Source: Eledone cirrhosa (taxonomy: Eukaryota). Taken from it: 64,000 bases of DNA. A model generated the notes under the pieces. It made no database searches. It saw only the letters and a program-made list of their open reading frames with translations, and was not told where the DNA came from. A program made the position numbers and the translations under genes. The stretch is taken from positions 298,654,001-298,718,000 of the forward strand of contig OZ024742.1 of assembly GCA_964016885.1 (NCBI GenBank), in the 5' to 3' direction. This document shows, in pieces, positions 44,170 through 58,363 of the stretch (within the stretch, counting starts at the first letter, position 1; the number at the start of each line of letters is the position of its first letter).

Positions 44170-44482
44170 GGGGTTTCCAACGGCGTGAGTTCTAGTTTTT
44201 CGAATAACATAACAGCTTGCTCGCGAAATTAGCGCGCATGCGACTGACCAATTACACGCGCATGTTGAGGCAGTTCTCAGGGAGATTTGGTGTGACACTG
44301 TTTGGCAGAGCTGTCTCTTTCAATTACAGATGTAATTAATTTTATCCTGCTGCAGAAATGAAGAAGACTGGCCTGGAAGAACTTTCAATAAATTGTCTTG
44401 TTTAGAGACGCATCCTGCCGGAGGGAATCGTCCTCATAACCTGATAAAAGCGAACCGAACACCACTAAGCCACACGCCTTCA
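44170..44482 (-). mobile_element. Degenerate SINE
   Basis: Minus strand begins aaggcgtgtggcttagtgg; internal ttctcagggagatt..gtgacac segment recurs at ~27950, ~50460 and ~51140. Confidence 0.6.
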
Positions 44483-44859
44483 TTAGAAAATAAATTTGCT
44501 CTCAAGGCACATACATTAACAAGAACGATTTGGGTGTGTATGCCTCAATAAAGTTTTAATACGAATTGAGCAAATGATTTATGTTAATCACCTAGTGAAA
44601 TTTGAAATGTGTACAAATACAATATTTTCTAACATTTTAAGCATGTCAAAAATCAAATTACTATTAAGCATGGCAGCTCCGAAGGTTATCAATGTATAGA
44701 GTTTCAACTTATAAAAAAAAAAAAAAATGTTATTTTATATCGAAAATGTTATAGCAGAAATAAAGGTGCGTAGTATGCTAAATTTTCTAATATGACATTC
44801 TAATATATCAAATCTGAAAAAAGTGTTGACGAAGGTTGGAATAAAAATGGTACTTTTTA

Positions 44860-45070
44860 TAATGGTTTCTGAATTAGGCACAAGACCAACAGATTTTGGG
44901 GAGTGGAAAGTCAATTATGTCGACCCCGTGCATTACTGGCACTTTATTTTATCAACCCCCGTAAGAATGAAAGGCAAAGCTAACCTCGGCGAGATTTGAA
45001 ATCAGTACGTAAAGGGCCGTAACCCTATACCACGAAGCATGTTGTCCGATGCTCTATCGAAAATGCCAAT
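44860..45070 (-). mobile_element. tRNA-derived SINE
   Basis: Same family as 27140. Confidence 0.8.
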
Positions 45071-45622
45071 GTACTATCAATCGGTAATTACATCACGGAA
45101 ACGTGATCTTCACCATTCAAAAGCACACAAGCATGCCAGACTCCCCTCTCCACGCAGTTAATGTTGTTCAAGGGAAAGATAAACAACTATACAACTTGGT
45201 ACCACTTTCTTTGCAGCCTAGTTTTAACAGCTGAATGGACTGGAGCAACTTCGAATAACATTTCTTGCTGAAGACCACAAACATAACGCAACACCATCTG
45301 GTCCGGATATCGAACTCATGATGTTACGATCGTGAGCCTAACATCAGTAATAAATTCATCAACCTCTTGTTTTCGGCTTTACTCTTACTGCGTGGCAACT
45401 TGGGCAAGTGTTTTCTACCATGGACGTGGATTGACCAATACATACATACATTCATACATACATATATACGTACGTACATACATACATACATACATACATG
45501 TGTATGTATGTATGCAAAAAGTGAACAGAAATAACAAAGCGAGCGACACAGTACAATGAAGAAATATATTAGTTTAACGCTTGATATAGTTGGAAAAGAG
45601 TCTCAACGTGTTGGAGACTAGT

Positions 45623-45664
<42 letters not shown>

Positions 45665-47724
45665 GTGTGTGTGTATTTATACAACGTAATATAGTGGTTA
45701 GACAAATCGAGTCCGATATAAAAAGTATCCGACTTGAAAGACATATGTACTTTAGCCGATATGATCGGCTAAAACCACGGTTTAGGTTAGTGTCCCAACA
45801 TGGTCAGAGTTTAATGAATAAAACCAATGAAAGAGTGAAAGTAAAAGAGTAAGAAGTCAGAACACAACAAAGAATGTACTTTCTAATTTATGCTAAATTC
45901 TCATGCCAATCCCCACATACACAATTCTTCCCATTAAACATTTTATCCTAACATCACTAGAACTGCATCTCGCTAAAAATAAATTTCATGTCGCTGTTTC
46001 TTCACAAGGCATTGATATGTGGTTAAGGATTTCGCTTTGCAGCAAAGTGATTCTGGATCAGTCCTGCTGCGTGACATCAAAAGCAGTTGTCATCATTTCA
46101 TTTTATGTCCGCTTTTCCCTGCTTGCAATGGTGGGACGGGAACTGATTCTGGCTTGATTTCTACAGCTGGCATCTATAATAACTTGGATTTAACTAATGT
46201 CTAGAGAGTGGAATGGGGTTGACGAAAACTGCTGTATCCCGCCACGCGCGCGCGCGTGTGTGTGTGTTGATGTCCTCGGAAGCTACGGGTGGGAAACAAA
46301 GACGAAATCTAGAAAATATGTACTATAATTGAAAAACTAAGTACTGGAATCGATATGATCCTCTCAATCAAAGTTCATGACCGAGTCTAAGGTCTAAAAC
46401 AAGTTATCGAAAATTAAAAGAAAATCACGAACTAACAGATGTTCAAAGCAATTATCAACTACTTTGATGTTATGCACAGGAAACCTATAAAGATCATGTA
46501 TGTTATTCCTATTAATTAAAAAAGATACATATGCCACCAAAACGAAAAAATGAAAACGTAAAAACAATATAGGAATGCAAAAGTATGATTTATGTTAATG
46601 ATTCTAAAGCGCAAGTAAGAACGAATTCTAGATGTCTTAAAATTCAAATAGCAATTTGTTTTATTAAGTCACGCTATTACTGTCAATATTTAATTCTCTG
46701 CTATTGTTCGTTCTTTTTGTTTTAGATGTTCGTGTTGGTTTCTCTTATTAACAGGTTCATGTAACTTTATTAAAAATTCCAAAATTTGATACGAAGATAG
46801 TTATTAATTTAATTTGCAAATAATTTATTTTTACATCTTGTCATTCAATTAATATCCCATACTTCCTAAAGTAATCAAATTTATAAGAATTTATAAACAT
46901 CGTAAAAAATTCCAGTATTGTAAAAGAGTTTTCTTGTTTTTTGTAATATACATGAAACTAATTAATATTATAAAAATAAATTTCCAAACTGATTCTAGCA
47001 GATTATAATATAAATTGAAGATATTCGAAACATTATTTTAAGCGACAACTCATACGGCAAATAAATAAATAAATAAATGAATAAATAAAATAGTTATTTC
47101 TTTTAATAATCTTTATACATGCAAAAATCACTTTAAGTCACTCAAATTTATTTCATTCTGTGGGCAGGGAAGAAAGGATTGTATCCATATTTTGAAACGT
47201 TTGTGTAATTGAGAGAAAAGATAGGAAGGAAGAAAATCGATTGTTGACACATTTCCAGAAGGTAAGAATATATATATTAATGTTTAGTTAAGAAGGGAAG
47301 AGCCGTGCACATTAATCATTTCTGGACATCTGAGACGAGTGGAAAAAAGGGAGAAGCTATCCACAAACCTAGAAAACTGATATGAATGCGTGCAAAAGAG
47401 TGAAAACCACTAAAGATACTCAGGGATCAGAAGATTGTGTCAAACCGTGCGCATGGATTAAGTCTACCACCCAAGTAACAGCGAGATTGTGAACACAGAA
47501 CGGAAAGTGCGGAAGTAAACATGACAAGGTACATTGTCCTGCGCTCTTACAATTTCACCAACTAACTGCTTTAGATTGATGCTTTATTTTGGGGATTCCG
47601 AGTGGAGGAAAATGTAAAGTTGACCTTGGCAAAATTTGAACTCTGCGTAATACTCCGAAACAAATATCATAAATCATAAAGTCCACTGCTACAACAACTT
47701 TGCTATAGCTCTTGAGGTAATTGA

Positions 47725-48145
47725 TAATGGCTTCTGATGTAGACACGAGGCCAACAAGGGAGGGTAAGTTGATTAAATTTCCCCCAGGTCATTACTGTAA
47801 GGAGGAGAGGCAAAGTTAACCTCTGCTGGAGTTGAGCTCAGAAGAAAAGGGACGTAACCTTATGCGGTAAAACATGGCCGACGCTCTTATAATTCTGCCA
47901 ATTTACTGCCCTTCTTGAGGTAATTAATGGTTTCTGATTTAGGCACAAAGCCCACATTTTCGGGGGAGGTGGAAGTCGATTATATCGACCCCAATGCATT
48001 ACAGCTACTTTATTTTATTGACCTCGTACGGATGAAAGACGAAGCGAACCTCGGTGGGATTTGAAATCAAAACTTAAAGGTACATATCTCTATGACATGA
48101 AGCATGTTGTTCGATAATCTATCGATTCTGAAAATCCATTGCCCT
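47725..48145 (-). mobile_element. Two tandem degenerate SINEs
   Basis: Same family; tcttSaggtaatt flanks and separates the copies. Confidence 0.75.
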
Positions 48146-50698
48146 TCTTCAGGTAATTAATAATAACAGAAATACCTTAGAGCGACAAACGAAATATACA
48201 TTTATAAAAAGACAAATATAGAACGTTAATATAGAAGACATGGATATTTTTTCCTCCAAATCCAAAACAATAAAGAAATCATTACATCAAATATATAATG
48301 GATCCAGTATTCTATAAATGGATAATACTGCAGCATTCATTAACGTACATTACATTTTCTATGTAATATATTTTAAATTAAATAGGTAACTTGTAGGTTT
48401 GCCAAAATTGGATTTCAAGTTATTTAGAGATCGTAATCACAATTCCATTATGTTAAGTTTTTCTTTTTTTTCGTTTTCTCTTTACGCACACGAGAATCTC
48501 TAATTGTTTCTGAAATTGACTGACCGCTTTGCTTTTTACATTTTCCTTTTTCGTGCTGGGCACCAGTGAGTCCCTTTGTCCTTAGGTGCTGCAGTTTTAC
48601 TCTGCCAAATGAAGACGAGAGGTATCACGTTTTCGGAAGAAGTCACGTAAAGTGGAATGACTGATGCAATGGTTATCGCTGTTTTTCCTCCTCGACAATG
48701 CTTCCGCTATCTCAGACCTGTCATCCTTCCCCCTCCGATGAGGAGATCTCCTACTCACTTTGGGGTGGGTGAGAGATGTTTTCTCTTGTGAAAATGGGTA
48801 TAGCATTCATTATGTAAAATCTCCCCATTTTACCTCATTTCTCGCGGTTTTGGGGGCACTTGTTTTCATGGTACTCCCCGTTTGGGTTGTTAGAGGTTGG
48901 CAGGTCTGCCATCTTGTCTCCGGAGCGCAGCTGAAAGATATCGTCCTGCCGAAGTTGTACTGTTTGTATTCTCCTCATTTCTCTACCCAGGTTTTCTTTT
49001 ATAGACCATTTGGTTTCAACTTTTTCGTTCACCATTATGGGATTGTAAATGCATTTTAAGAATTTGAAAGTAATAAAATATACTGTGGTTTTATGAGATA
49101 CGAATAACAAAAAGAAATGAAAAAAATAAAATTTTTAGTATTGAATATTATTATCAAAATTTTAAAGCATGCTAACATGTTTTTATTGATATTATATTTT
49201 AAATTTTGAAATAGAACAAGATAGAAATAAAATTTGATTGAGTTATCTGAAGAACGAAAACACTCCAATATCATTTTAGCTAACAGTAAAAATGTAAGAA
49301 GATAGTAAAAATAAAAATAAAATGAAGCAAGTAGAGGCGGGGAAAGTTTCTAGTGAGATATTGAAAATACAGAAGAACGCACACCAAGAAGAAAAGAGAG
49401 GGAAATAGACAGAAAGAATAAGAAAGAAAAAATAAAATAAAATTCGTCAGCCTTTAGCCACATTGTTCGATATGAGAAGCGCACCGGAAAAATATTAGCT
49501 TCTAGCCTGTAGTTCTGTAAAATATATCCAGCTCAATATGATGAAATCTGCATCAATATACTAAAGGAAAAGACTTTCGTCATATTTCTCAAATGTAATA
49601 TTTTCTATTTAAAAAGAATAAACAAGTTTAATTTTAAATTCTTTGCCTTAAGTATTACAAGATGCAATTGTTTGCTTTAGGTTTCAAGCTTAGAAAATTA
49701 CATCATCTTTAACGAAACCATTATTCCAATAAATTGTAGTATTATATTGATTGTGTAGTTGTGTATGAGGCTATCAAGTTCATTTGAGAAAGAGAATGTG
49801 ATTATACAGTCATCCTAAGTGAGATTAATTAACCTCAACATGGACTCGAAAGCTGTGCATGGACTCACATTTCCCAGACCTTTCCTATTGTCCGAAAATA
49901 CTGGCCATAAATTCAACATATTGATTTCTGTTTCATAATAAAGATTCTTCAGATTTATAGAAAACGAAATATGATGTTACAGCGCTCATTTCATAATAAA
50001 TATTTAAAGAGGTTTTAGATTTTCTAATACATATTCATGAATTAATTATGTTGCCGCCGAATGTACATTGTGAAAAACAGATTGGCCGTTTCATTTAAGT
50101 CCTGGTTTGTGTCTGATGTAAATATAAAGAGATTAGTGTCATAGAGTTCTTTCCGTTCGATAGGAAACTTTCTCGAGATCGAAATTTAATATTCTCAATC
50201 ATCTCGTCTGGTGTTCTTAAACATATTTATTGGAACATTTTATGAAATTAGACCCTGAACCATTGTCGGGTTTATTAATACATGCTTGCAATTGGGGTCC
50301 TTCACCTGATATCACGATGTTGTAAATATTCAGACAAGGTCTACAGTCGAAGGGTTAATTGCTTGTGGGTTAATTGTTAGAGTGTTGAGCTAAAGTTCAT
50401 ATGGTGGTGTTCCATTCATGGCAGCCCTTGAGCAAGAGTGTGTTGCTACACACTTTGTTACGCTGAATCTCCCTGAGAATTATGTTAAAATTACACGTAC
50501 CTGTCATATATGACGGTGTTTTAACAACAACGATAGGAGGGCAACACGATATCATAATGTACTGCTCTGCAATAGAGAAGCTTCTAATAATTGAAATCTT
50601 CCCCTGTTTCTACCCACAGTTTCACAGGATCGCCCTGAATGTTGTCCTTTCTTCTCTGTTTCCGTTCCTGCCAAGAGGTTGTATATCGATATCAACAT

Positions 50699-50891
50699 AA
50701 ATTATGTAATAACATGTGCTTATGCCGTATTTGACTAAATAGAATTAGTTTGTTGGTATTTATAAAAAAAAAAACCCGTCTGAATGGAAAAAGGATTCTT
50801 TTTTCCATTCAGAAGGTTTTTTTCAAATCCCAACTAACGGACTTATTCTATTTAGTCAAATACGGCATAAGCACATGTTACTACCTAATTT
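50699..50891. mobile_element. ~190-bp near-palindromic foldback/MITE
   Basis: taacatgtgcttatgccgtatttgactaaatagaat is perfectly inverted; inner tctgaatggaaaaag / ttttttccattcaga. Confidence 0.8.
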
Positions 50892-52082
50892 TCAAATTCG
50901 CTAGCCGTTTCTAAACAAAGTCTGCTTTGTGTCTCCCTATTGATATGGACATACTTCGAACCTAGGAGATGGGGGATTTTCTATGCATTTTTCATATATG
51001 CAGTGGAACGAGTCCCCGTATGTTTCGACGATGTGTTTTCCTATTGTTCAGTCAAAAGAACAGGATGCTCATGAAATTAACATATCAGTAGCTGCGCATT
51101 CCATAAACACGGTTACCCAGGACAGAAATCAGCAGATTAAGCGTAACTCGGTGGGTGACACGACTGGCCCTTTGAATTACAGGTAAAGTCCAGCCGATGG
51201 GCTTTCAAACAAATCCGCCTATCCAAGTTCACTCACAAGATATAGGTCGGCCCGAGTGTATCGCTCGAGACACTTGCCCAAGAGACAAGCATAGATACAA
51301 TACGACATAACTTTAATATTTTATGCAATAGTATATGTATTTATCCAGACAATGTGCATTTTCCTTTTTGTTCAGACAGAAAAATATTTGAGTTTAACTG
51401 TTGCAGAGAAACTGAACTGATATTCAGAGAAAAAGCACCTGCGCGTGTTGAAATATAGATGACCGAAACTGCGAATGATTGTGCGTGGTGTAAGTCGTAT
51501 CACTAGGAGTGACGGTAAAGTATTAAAAAAAAATATTAAGTAAATATTTACATTTAGCAAGAATACAATAATTTTGCTATTCGTGCATAATTTGTGGATA
51601 TATTGATGCAGCAGGGCATTCAAATAATAGGAATTATTCTCTGGAAGAATAAGTCAGGTGGCTCCTTTCACATATTAGCGTAACAGCAGCAACAGCCTTT
51701 ATACGTGAGCAATACGTCAATGTGGTTTAAATAATGTTTTTGTTTTTAATATACTAAAAAAAAAAATTCCCCATGATATGTATATATACATATGCTTGCA
51801 TATGTATATATGCATATATCCGCATCTGTGCATACATGTAAATTGATGTATATATGTATATACATGTACAAGAATGTAAGTTGGTATACATATATGCGTG
51901 TATGTATGCACGTACAGAATATGCACAAAATTCTCCGAAAATAAGTAAACAGAATATTGCTTATAAACATATATTTACGTATATGTGTATGTGTATATAT
52001 ATATATATTTATATATTTAGTCTTCACATTTATTATTATTACTAATATATATATATATATATATAATGTATATATATATATA

Positions 52083-52161
52083 TAGGGTGTCCCTTAAAAA
52101 TGTATACATAATTTTATTAGAATGCTGTTGAAGTGTGTATACATGTTTTAGGGACATCATG
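52083..52161. mobile_element. Small Tc1/mariner-like MITE
   Basis: gggtgtccct..aaatgtatac / gtatacat..tagggacatc; shares aatgctgttgaagt with 26608. Confidence 0.6.
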
Positions 52162-52733
52162 TGTATATATGGTGTGCGTATGAGTACATGCTTGTTTTAC
52201 AATGATTTCGTGGTGGTAGTGAACATAATTAGGTTTAAAAGTATTTCCTCGTACAAGCACGACCGTGTATAATTCGCTACTTAAAACCTTCGTTGTTGGT
52301 TACGGCTTATAATGGTTTTCGTTGTTCCTGACTTTCTTTGTATTTCTTCACGTTTCTGTCGAATCATTGCTTTTGTTTGGAATAGTGTTTATTTTCCTAA
52401 AACGATATAAAACCTGATACATAATGTTCTCATACGGATACCAAGGTGAGGTAGCTGCGAGACACAGTGGGGCTCTGTCTATATTTATTATACATAAACA
52501 TACATATTGTATATGAATCCATATACGTCTTTATTCAAGACTCATCCTCCTGAGCAGAACCAACTTACAAATACGCAGTTTTCGAATATGTCTTTAAACG
52601 CTTTTCATCAAATCAAGCACGTGCACACACTCATACACACACGCACACACACACACACACGCACACGCACACGCACACACATACACATACACATACACAT
52701 ATACATACACATACACACACACACTCGTATATA

Positions 52734-52799
<66 letters not shown>

Positions 52800-53163
52800 T
52801 TAGAAACACACAGATACATGCGGACACACACATATATACATGAATGCATCCGCAAATGTTTCTTCTCTCTTCATAATATATATATATATATATATATATG
52901 ATCAAAGGTATATATTGAGTTAGAAACTCAAAGTAGTCTCTTACAATAAAATAGATCGAGGAAAGAGATTTTTCCGAGCCGTATATTATAATTGAATATA
53001 AAAGAAAGATAAACACAGATATATACATATATGTGTTTAAATTGTAAGGGACCAGATTCGCTAAGGTGATAAGAATACTAACTATGGACAATAGGGTTTG
53101 CCTGACTCAATTTAAGAATAAATCAAGAAAATAAATACAAACCGGAATTGTGGTAACTACCAA

Positions 53164-53244
53164 TCACCCAGACAGCGTTTTGCTATGCTGTTTCGCAAAA
53201 TTAAGTGTGAAGCGGAATACCCATTCTTGCTCGTCAGTGGGTGA
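53164..53244 (-). ncRNA. Full type I hammerhead ribozyme (antisense arm)
   Basis: Reverse complement of 53520-53600 with intact core. Confidence 0.9.
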
Positions 53245-53519
53245 AGAATTAGTATCCTGGTCACTTCTAAGTATATTAAAAAACTGATTAGTGTGCGTAT
53301 ATATAATAACTATTTTGAGTTTCTAACTCAATATATACCTTTGATATATTCGGCTCAGTTTATTTGTTGAGCTAATTCAAATGTCGAGTAAACCTGGCTG
53401 CTATTTTTAGTGGTGTGAGTTTGTGAGACACGCTAAGTTCCGATACCATGTGCGTTATTATATATACGCACACTATTCAGTTTTTTAATATACTTAGAAG
53501 TGACCAGGATACTAATTCT

Positions 53520-53600
53520 TCACCCACTGACGAGCAAGAATCGGTATTCCTCTTCACAATTAATTTTGCGAAACAGCATAGCCAAACGCTGTCTGGGTGA
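53520..53600 (+). ncRNA. Full type I hammerhead ribozyme
   Basis: tcaccca-CTGACGA-gcaag..ttttgc-GAAA-cagc[10]gctg-TC-tgggtga; canonical core, G10.1-C11.1, GUC site. Confidence 0.93.
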
Positions 53601-53775
53601 TTGGTAGTTACCACAATTCCGGTTTGTATTTATTTTCTTGATTTATTCTTAAATTGAGTCTGGCAAACCCTATTGTCCATAGTATTCTTTTCACCTTAGC
53701 GAATCTGGTCCCTTACGATTTAAATACATATATGTATATATCTGTGTTTATCTTTCTTTTATATTCAATTATAAT

Positions 53776-53853
<78 letters not shown>

Positions 53854-54934
53854 GCGATGCTTGTTTGTACTACTACAGGTTTGAATCATGGAATCGCATT
53901 AAAAGTTGAACACTCTCGTATATACCTTTCGGTTATATTGCAGTTAATACTGGCATTGACAGTGTTCATCATTCAATGATATTACATGATTCAAACGTGT
54001 AGTAGTATCAACAAGCATCGCAAAATATACGTATCACACAAGGAGAGTGAAATAACGGTTCAACAAACGTGTATTACATGCCACATAAATCGGATAGAAA
54101 CCAGAGAAAATATTACATAATATATATGATATATTATGTAATTTAGTGGGTAGAGAGAATACCTTGACATCTGGTATCGGCATCCTCGTCTGACGGGAAA
54201 TTAAAGACAGTGAGAGACTGAGCGCTTGCTGAGGAAACGAGCTCCACCAAACATTTCTAAGGCCCACTGAAATGCAATGATGGACACACATTCAAAATAT
54301 AAAATGCGGATCGTTCGAGGACGGGAAAACCAACAAGGAAAATAGAGAGACATTTTATCCAACACCTAAATGATTCCCAACTCTGAAAACAGACATGATG
54401 GCCGCGCATATGTCTTTGATCAGAGGAATGCACGCCTAAGGATGATCTGGACTTAAACATGAACTAGAAATCGTTCATATAAAAATGGACCAGCCTTCAA
54501 AAGAATACGAAAAACAACAACAAATCAAACCTCATCAATAACAACCAAATCACAACTGCCAAGCAACGTAACACGAAAATTAGCAATAATCATGTAAGAG
54601 ATGAAGAGAGTATGATGAAGTGTATATTTATGTTGATCTTAAGTGCTGTCAAAATATATGAAATGAATGATTATTTGAAGCTAATCACACAGTGATGTAG
54701 AAAGAATTTCTTTATATGGGCTGTGTTCCGAAATACATTAACTAGGAAAACAGATTTTGTGAAATACCCACTTGAGTAAATCTTAGCGCATATCAACCAA
54801 TCCTTACGAGAGACATATAGAAGCAACTGTAGAGCTTCAAATGACCACAATACCATTGATTCCACTTGCAAATCTACTTTCAGAAACAGAAAGTAGCTTT
54901 CGTTATTTGTTTGTTTGTTTGCATGGATGTATGT

Positions 54935-55270
54935 GAAGGCGCTTGGCGTAGTGGTTTCAGCGTCAAACTTACAATCATGGAATTGTAAGTTCGGTTCTTG
55001 GACCGGGCTTTGCGTTGTGTTCTTGAACAAGACACTTTATTTCACGTTGCTCCAGTTCACCCAGCTGTAGAAATGAGTTTCGACGCCACTGATGCCAAGC
55101 TGCATCGGCCTTAGCCTTTTCCTTGGATAACATCGGTGGAGTGGAGAGGGGAGATTGCTATGCATGGGCGACTGCTGGTCTTCCACAAACAACCATGCGC
55201 AGATTGTGCCTCGGAGGGGAACTTTTTAGGTGCAAATCTCATGGTCATTCTTGACCAAATGGGGTCTTTA
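54935..55270 (+). mobile_element. tRNA-derived SINE followed by (ATGT)n
   Basis: A-box TGGCGTAGTGG, B-box-like AAGTTCGGTTC, caagacactttatttcacgttgctccag. Confidence 0.8.
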
Positions 55271-55614
55271 CAAGCATGTATGTAAGTATGTATGTATGCA
55301 TGTATGTAAGTATGCATGGATGCATGTATGTATGCATGTATGTATTTATTTATGTATGTATGGTTTCATTTTCTAAATTTTAAGTTAATTTTTTACCAGA
55401 CACTCTCCCGGTGGCAAGGCTGTAAAGAAAAGAAAAGCTTCGTCGTCCCCTGTTCAATCGTTCATTCTTTGAATGGTAAGAATATTTTACAGATTTTGAA
55501 GGTTCCAGATATCGGGGCCATCTGTATTCCAGGAGCTGCATTCTTTCTCTTCCAAGTTCAGTGACACTCTGGTCGAGGCGGTTTCGTATTTATCCTGTAG
55601 TTCCAATAATAATG

Positions 55615-55815
55615 TTTTCTTATATAGGCACCAGGCCAGCAATTTTGGGGGCGGGGAAAGTCTAATCGACTTTCCCCAATGCATCGACCCCAGTGCAAGA
55701 CTGGTACTTTATTTTATCGATCCCGTAAGGATGAAAGGCAAAGTTAAACTCGCCGGGATTTGAACTCAGATCATAAAGGGCCGTAACTCTATGCTGCAAA
55801 GCATGGTGTCCGACT
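55615..55815 (-). mobile_element. 5'-truncated SINE with TSD ttccaataataat
   Basis: Same family as 27140. Confidence 0.82.
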
Positions 55816-58250
55816 TGTACTTCCAATAATAATAAGAATGAAACTAAACGTATATCTTGTGTAGTGGATATGCAAACCCCTCATCAATTGTTCATAGGCA
55901 TCTTCCTTCTCTTTTATTTTCCTCACTACATTCTCATCGAGTGGGCAACTGACTTCTACAATGGAACATGTTTTTAATGTGTGGTTTCAAACAACGATAT
56001 TAGGCCGGATGCGTTTAAATTTAGTGGTGGCTTTCATTTTTATGTTCCACTAGTACTCAACATATTCTTCCATATTTGTTATTATTTGGTCTTCCGTAGT
56101 GCATTCAAGATTGTTGTAGTTACATCATGTCTCATCGGAAGTTCGTAACGAGAAGAGATTCATTCACTATTCGCAATAATGTGTGTAAAATCTTCAGTCT
56201 GTTTTTCATTGCCTACTATTTTAGTTAACTATGAGTTTCCACTTTTTTGCAGTATGTAATTGGTGGAAATTTCCTATTCCTGGATTTCATAGAGATATCC
56301 TTGAATGTGGGATGTTATGAACTCATCGGAACTCCATATGAAGCCTTTAGTATGATTTAGCCCTTCTATTGTCTACGTTTGTCATCCCAACCTTCTCTCT
56401 GAACTGATCTATTTTATATATATTCATGTATGTATGTACGTACGAAGAGACGCAGTTTAATGGTTAGAGTGTTCGGCTCGCAATCACAACGGAATGACTT
56501 TGATTTTCGGTGGTGCTTTGTATCCTAAACTAGACACTATTTTATTCTGTCCCAGTTCTTTTTAGCTAGAAAAAAGGAGTTATATTTTTACTTCAAAGGA
56601 CCAGTGTTTTAACAACTGAATTACTTCAAGCCAGAACCGTCGCAGGGCCAACACATGTCTCTCTCTCTCTCTATATATATATTTATATATATATATATAT
56701 ATTTTGGTTTTATTGAGATGAGATGTCTTATCCAGAAACAAACTTCTTTCATCGAAGAGGTAATTATGTCAGTCTGCATGCATGGATCCGTATATTTTGA
56801 ATTGTGTGGATTATGTACTTATTTCCTGCTAAATGTCTGGAACCCCCCCCCCCCCCACATATATATATGTATATTCTTAGAAAATTAATAAAACCTGACA
56901 CGTAACAAATAACTAAACGCAGTCGATTGATACAAACAATACCTTTAAAAATCGGGTAAAACACCCCTATAAATGGAAACAATGGACAGCGTCTATAGGG
57001 ATATTTTACCCAATTCTCTGTTTTCCTTTTCCTTACTCTCTCTCTCTCTCTCTCACACGCACGCACACGCACACAGAAATAAATCGACATTTAGAGGTAT
57101 GGATTCAGCCAGGTTTAAATATGCAGGTATATCAGGAGTTAAGTGCAGGGGAAACGAAATATAAAAGGAATACTCCTTTAGTGCCAACCCAAATTTTTCA
57201 TCTGCGACTATATTCAAATACCAGTACTATTACAGTTTTGAAAATATTAACACGCAAAAATTAACGTGGCTTTTTTTTTATCTTCGCTGTGTTATTTATT
57301 TATGTATATATTGCTTCTTTCATTTCCAAGTGCTTTTTTTTTTAATACGTTTTGTTTTAGCGACCGCAAAACCTGTCAGTGCACTTTCCCAATTATTCAC
57401 AACCCCTTTCAAAGATTTACTATCCCTTCTTACACTATAGTCCACACACTGGTTTTAATCTCGTTTTATTTTTATTCCCTCCATTAGCCTTGTCATCCAC
57501 TCAGTTTCACCAGCCATTTTCTAATATATATGTTTTTTTTATTTTCGTTCTTATTTCTTCCTCCTGTTTTATTTTCCTATCTTATTTCCTTTTCACATAC
57601 GCTGGTTTGTTATTCGATTTCTCATCGTACAGGAATCCTTAATTTCGTTTTATTTATTTGCTTTTTACTACTCTGCTATGTAACATTTTAATACCATTTA
57701 CGAAGCTCTGATCTCAACAACCTCAAATTACTTTTCATTTTCTGAACACCCAGAACTGACACAAAGATAAAAAGGTTATTATTGGCATTCCCAGAACAAA
57801 TTTCAATTTCGCAGACATCGATACTTTGAATCATGTCCAAACTAAAATCAGGCAATATTGTTGGCAGCAATTTGAAGTTGTCTGATTAAAATCACAGATT
57901 TAAGCAGTTTCCAATTGCTTGTCAAATAACACAAAATCTATTTTATTTTTCGTTCGTAACGATGGTTACGAAAGGTGTAGAAATAAATGCACAATTTGTT
58001 TCTTAACATTTGTGTAGGTAGCAAGATTTGCGCCTCGAGTAATCTGCATATCAGACCTTTCCAAGAGGAATAATTTCCGCTTTCAACAGTATATTTATAC
58101 AAATAATTTTCTCAGATTGACGTTTCTCTCGAAAGAGCATTTAGTCATTTAAAATGTCGGTATACATTTTAATTAGGAAACATTCTATACAGGTTTTAGG
58201 AATCAAAATATTGAAGGTAATAAACAAATATCAAGAATCGATTATTATGC

Positions 58251-58363
<113 letters not shown>

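Larger units (their letters stand above)
52901..53775. mobile_element. ORF-less PLE pLTR foldback with nested inverted repeats
   Basis: Arms 52985-53310 / 53454-53775; second IR 52901-52937 / 53309-53345; flanked by (TA)n. Confidence 0.88.

Noticed and set aside
44200-44290. CpG-rich promoter-like stretch (TCGCGA, GCGCATGCG, CCAAT)
   Set aside because: It lies inside a degenerate SINE whose related copies occur at ~25680, ~27890 and ~51060
27140-55270. tRNA genes
   Set aside because: The A/B boxes belong to SINE heads; no complete cloverleaf seen
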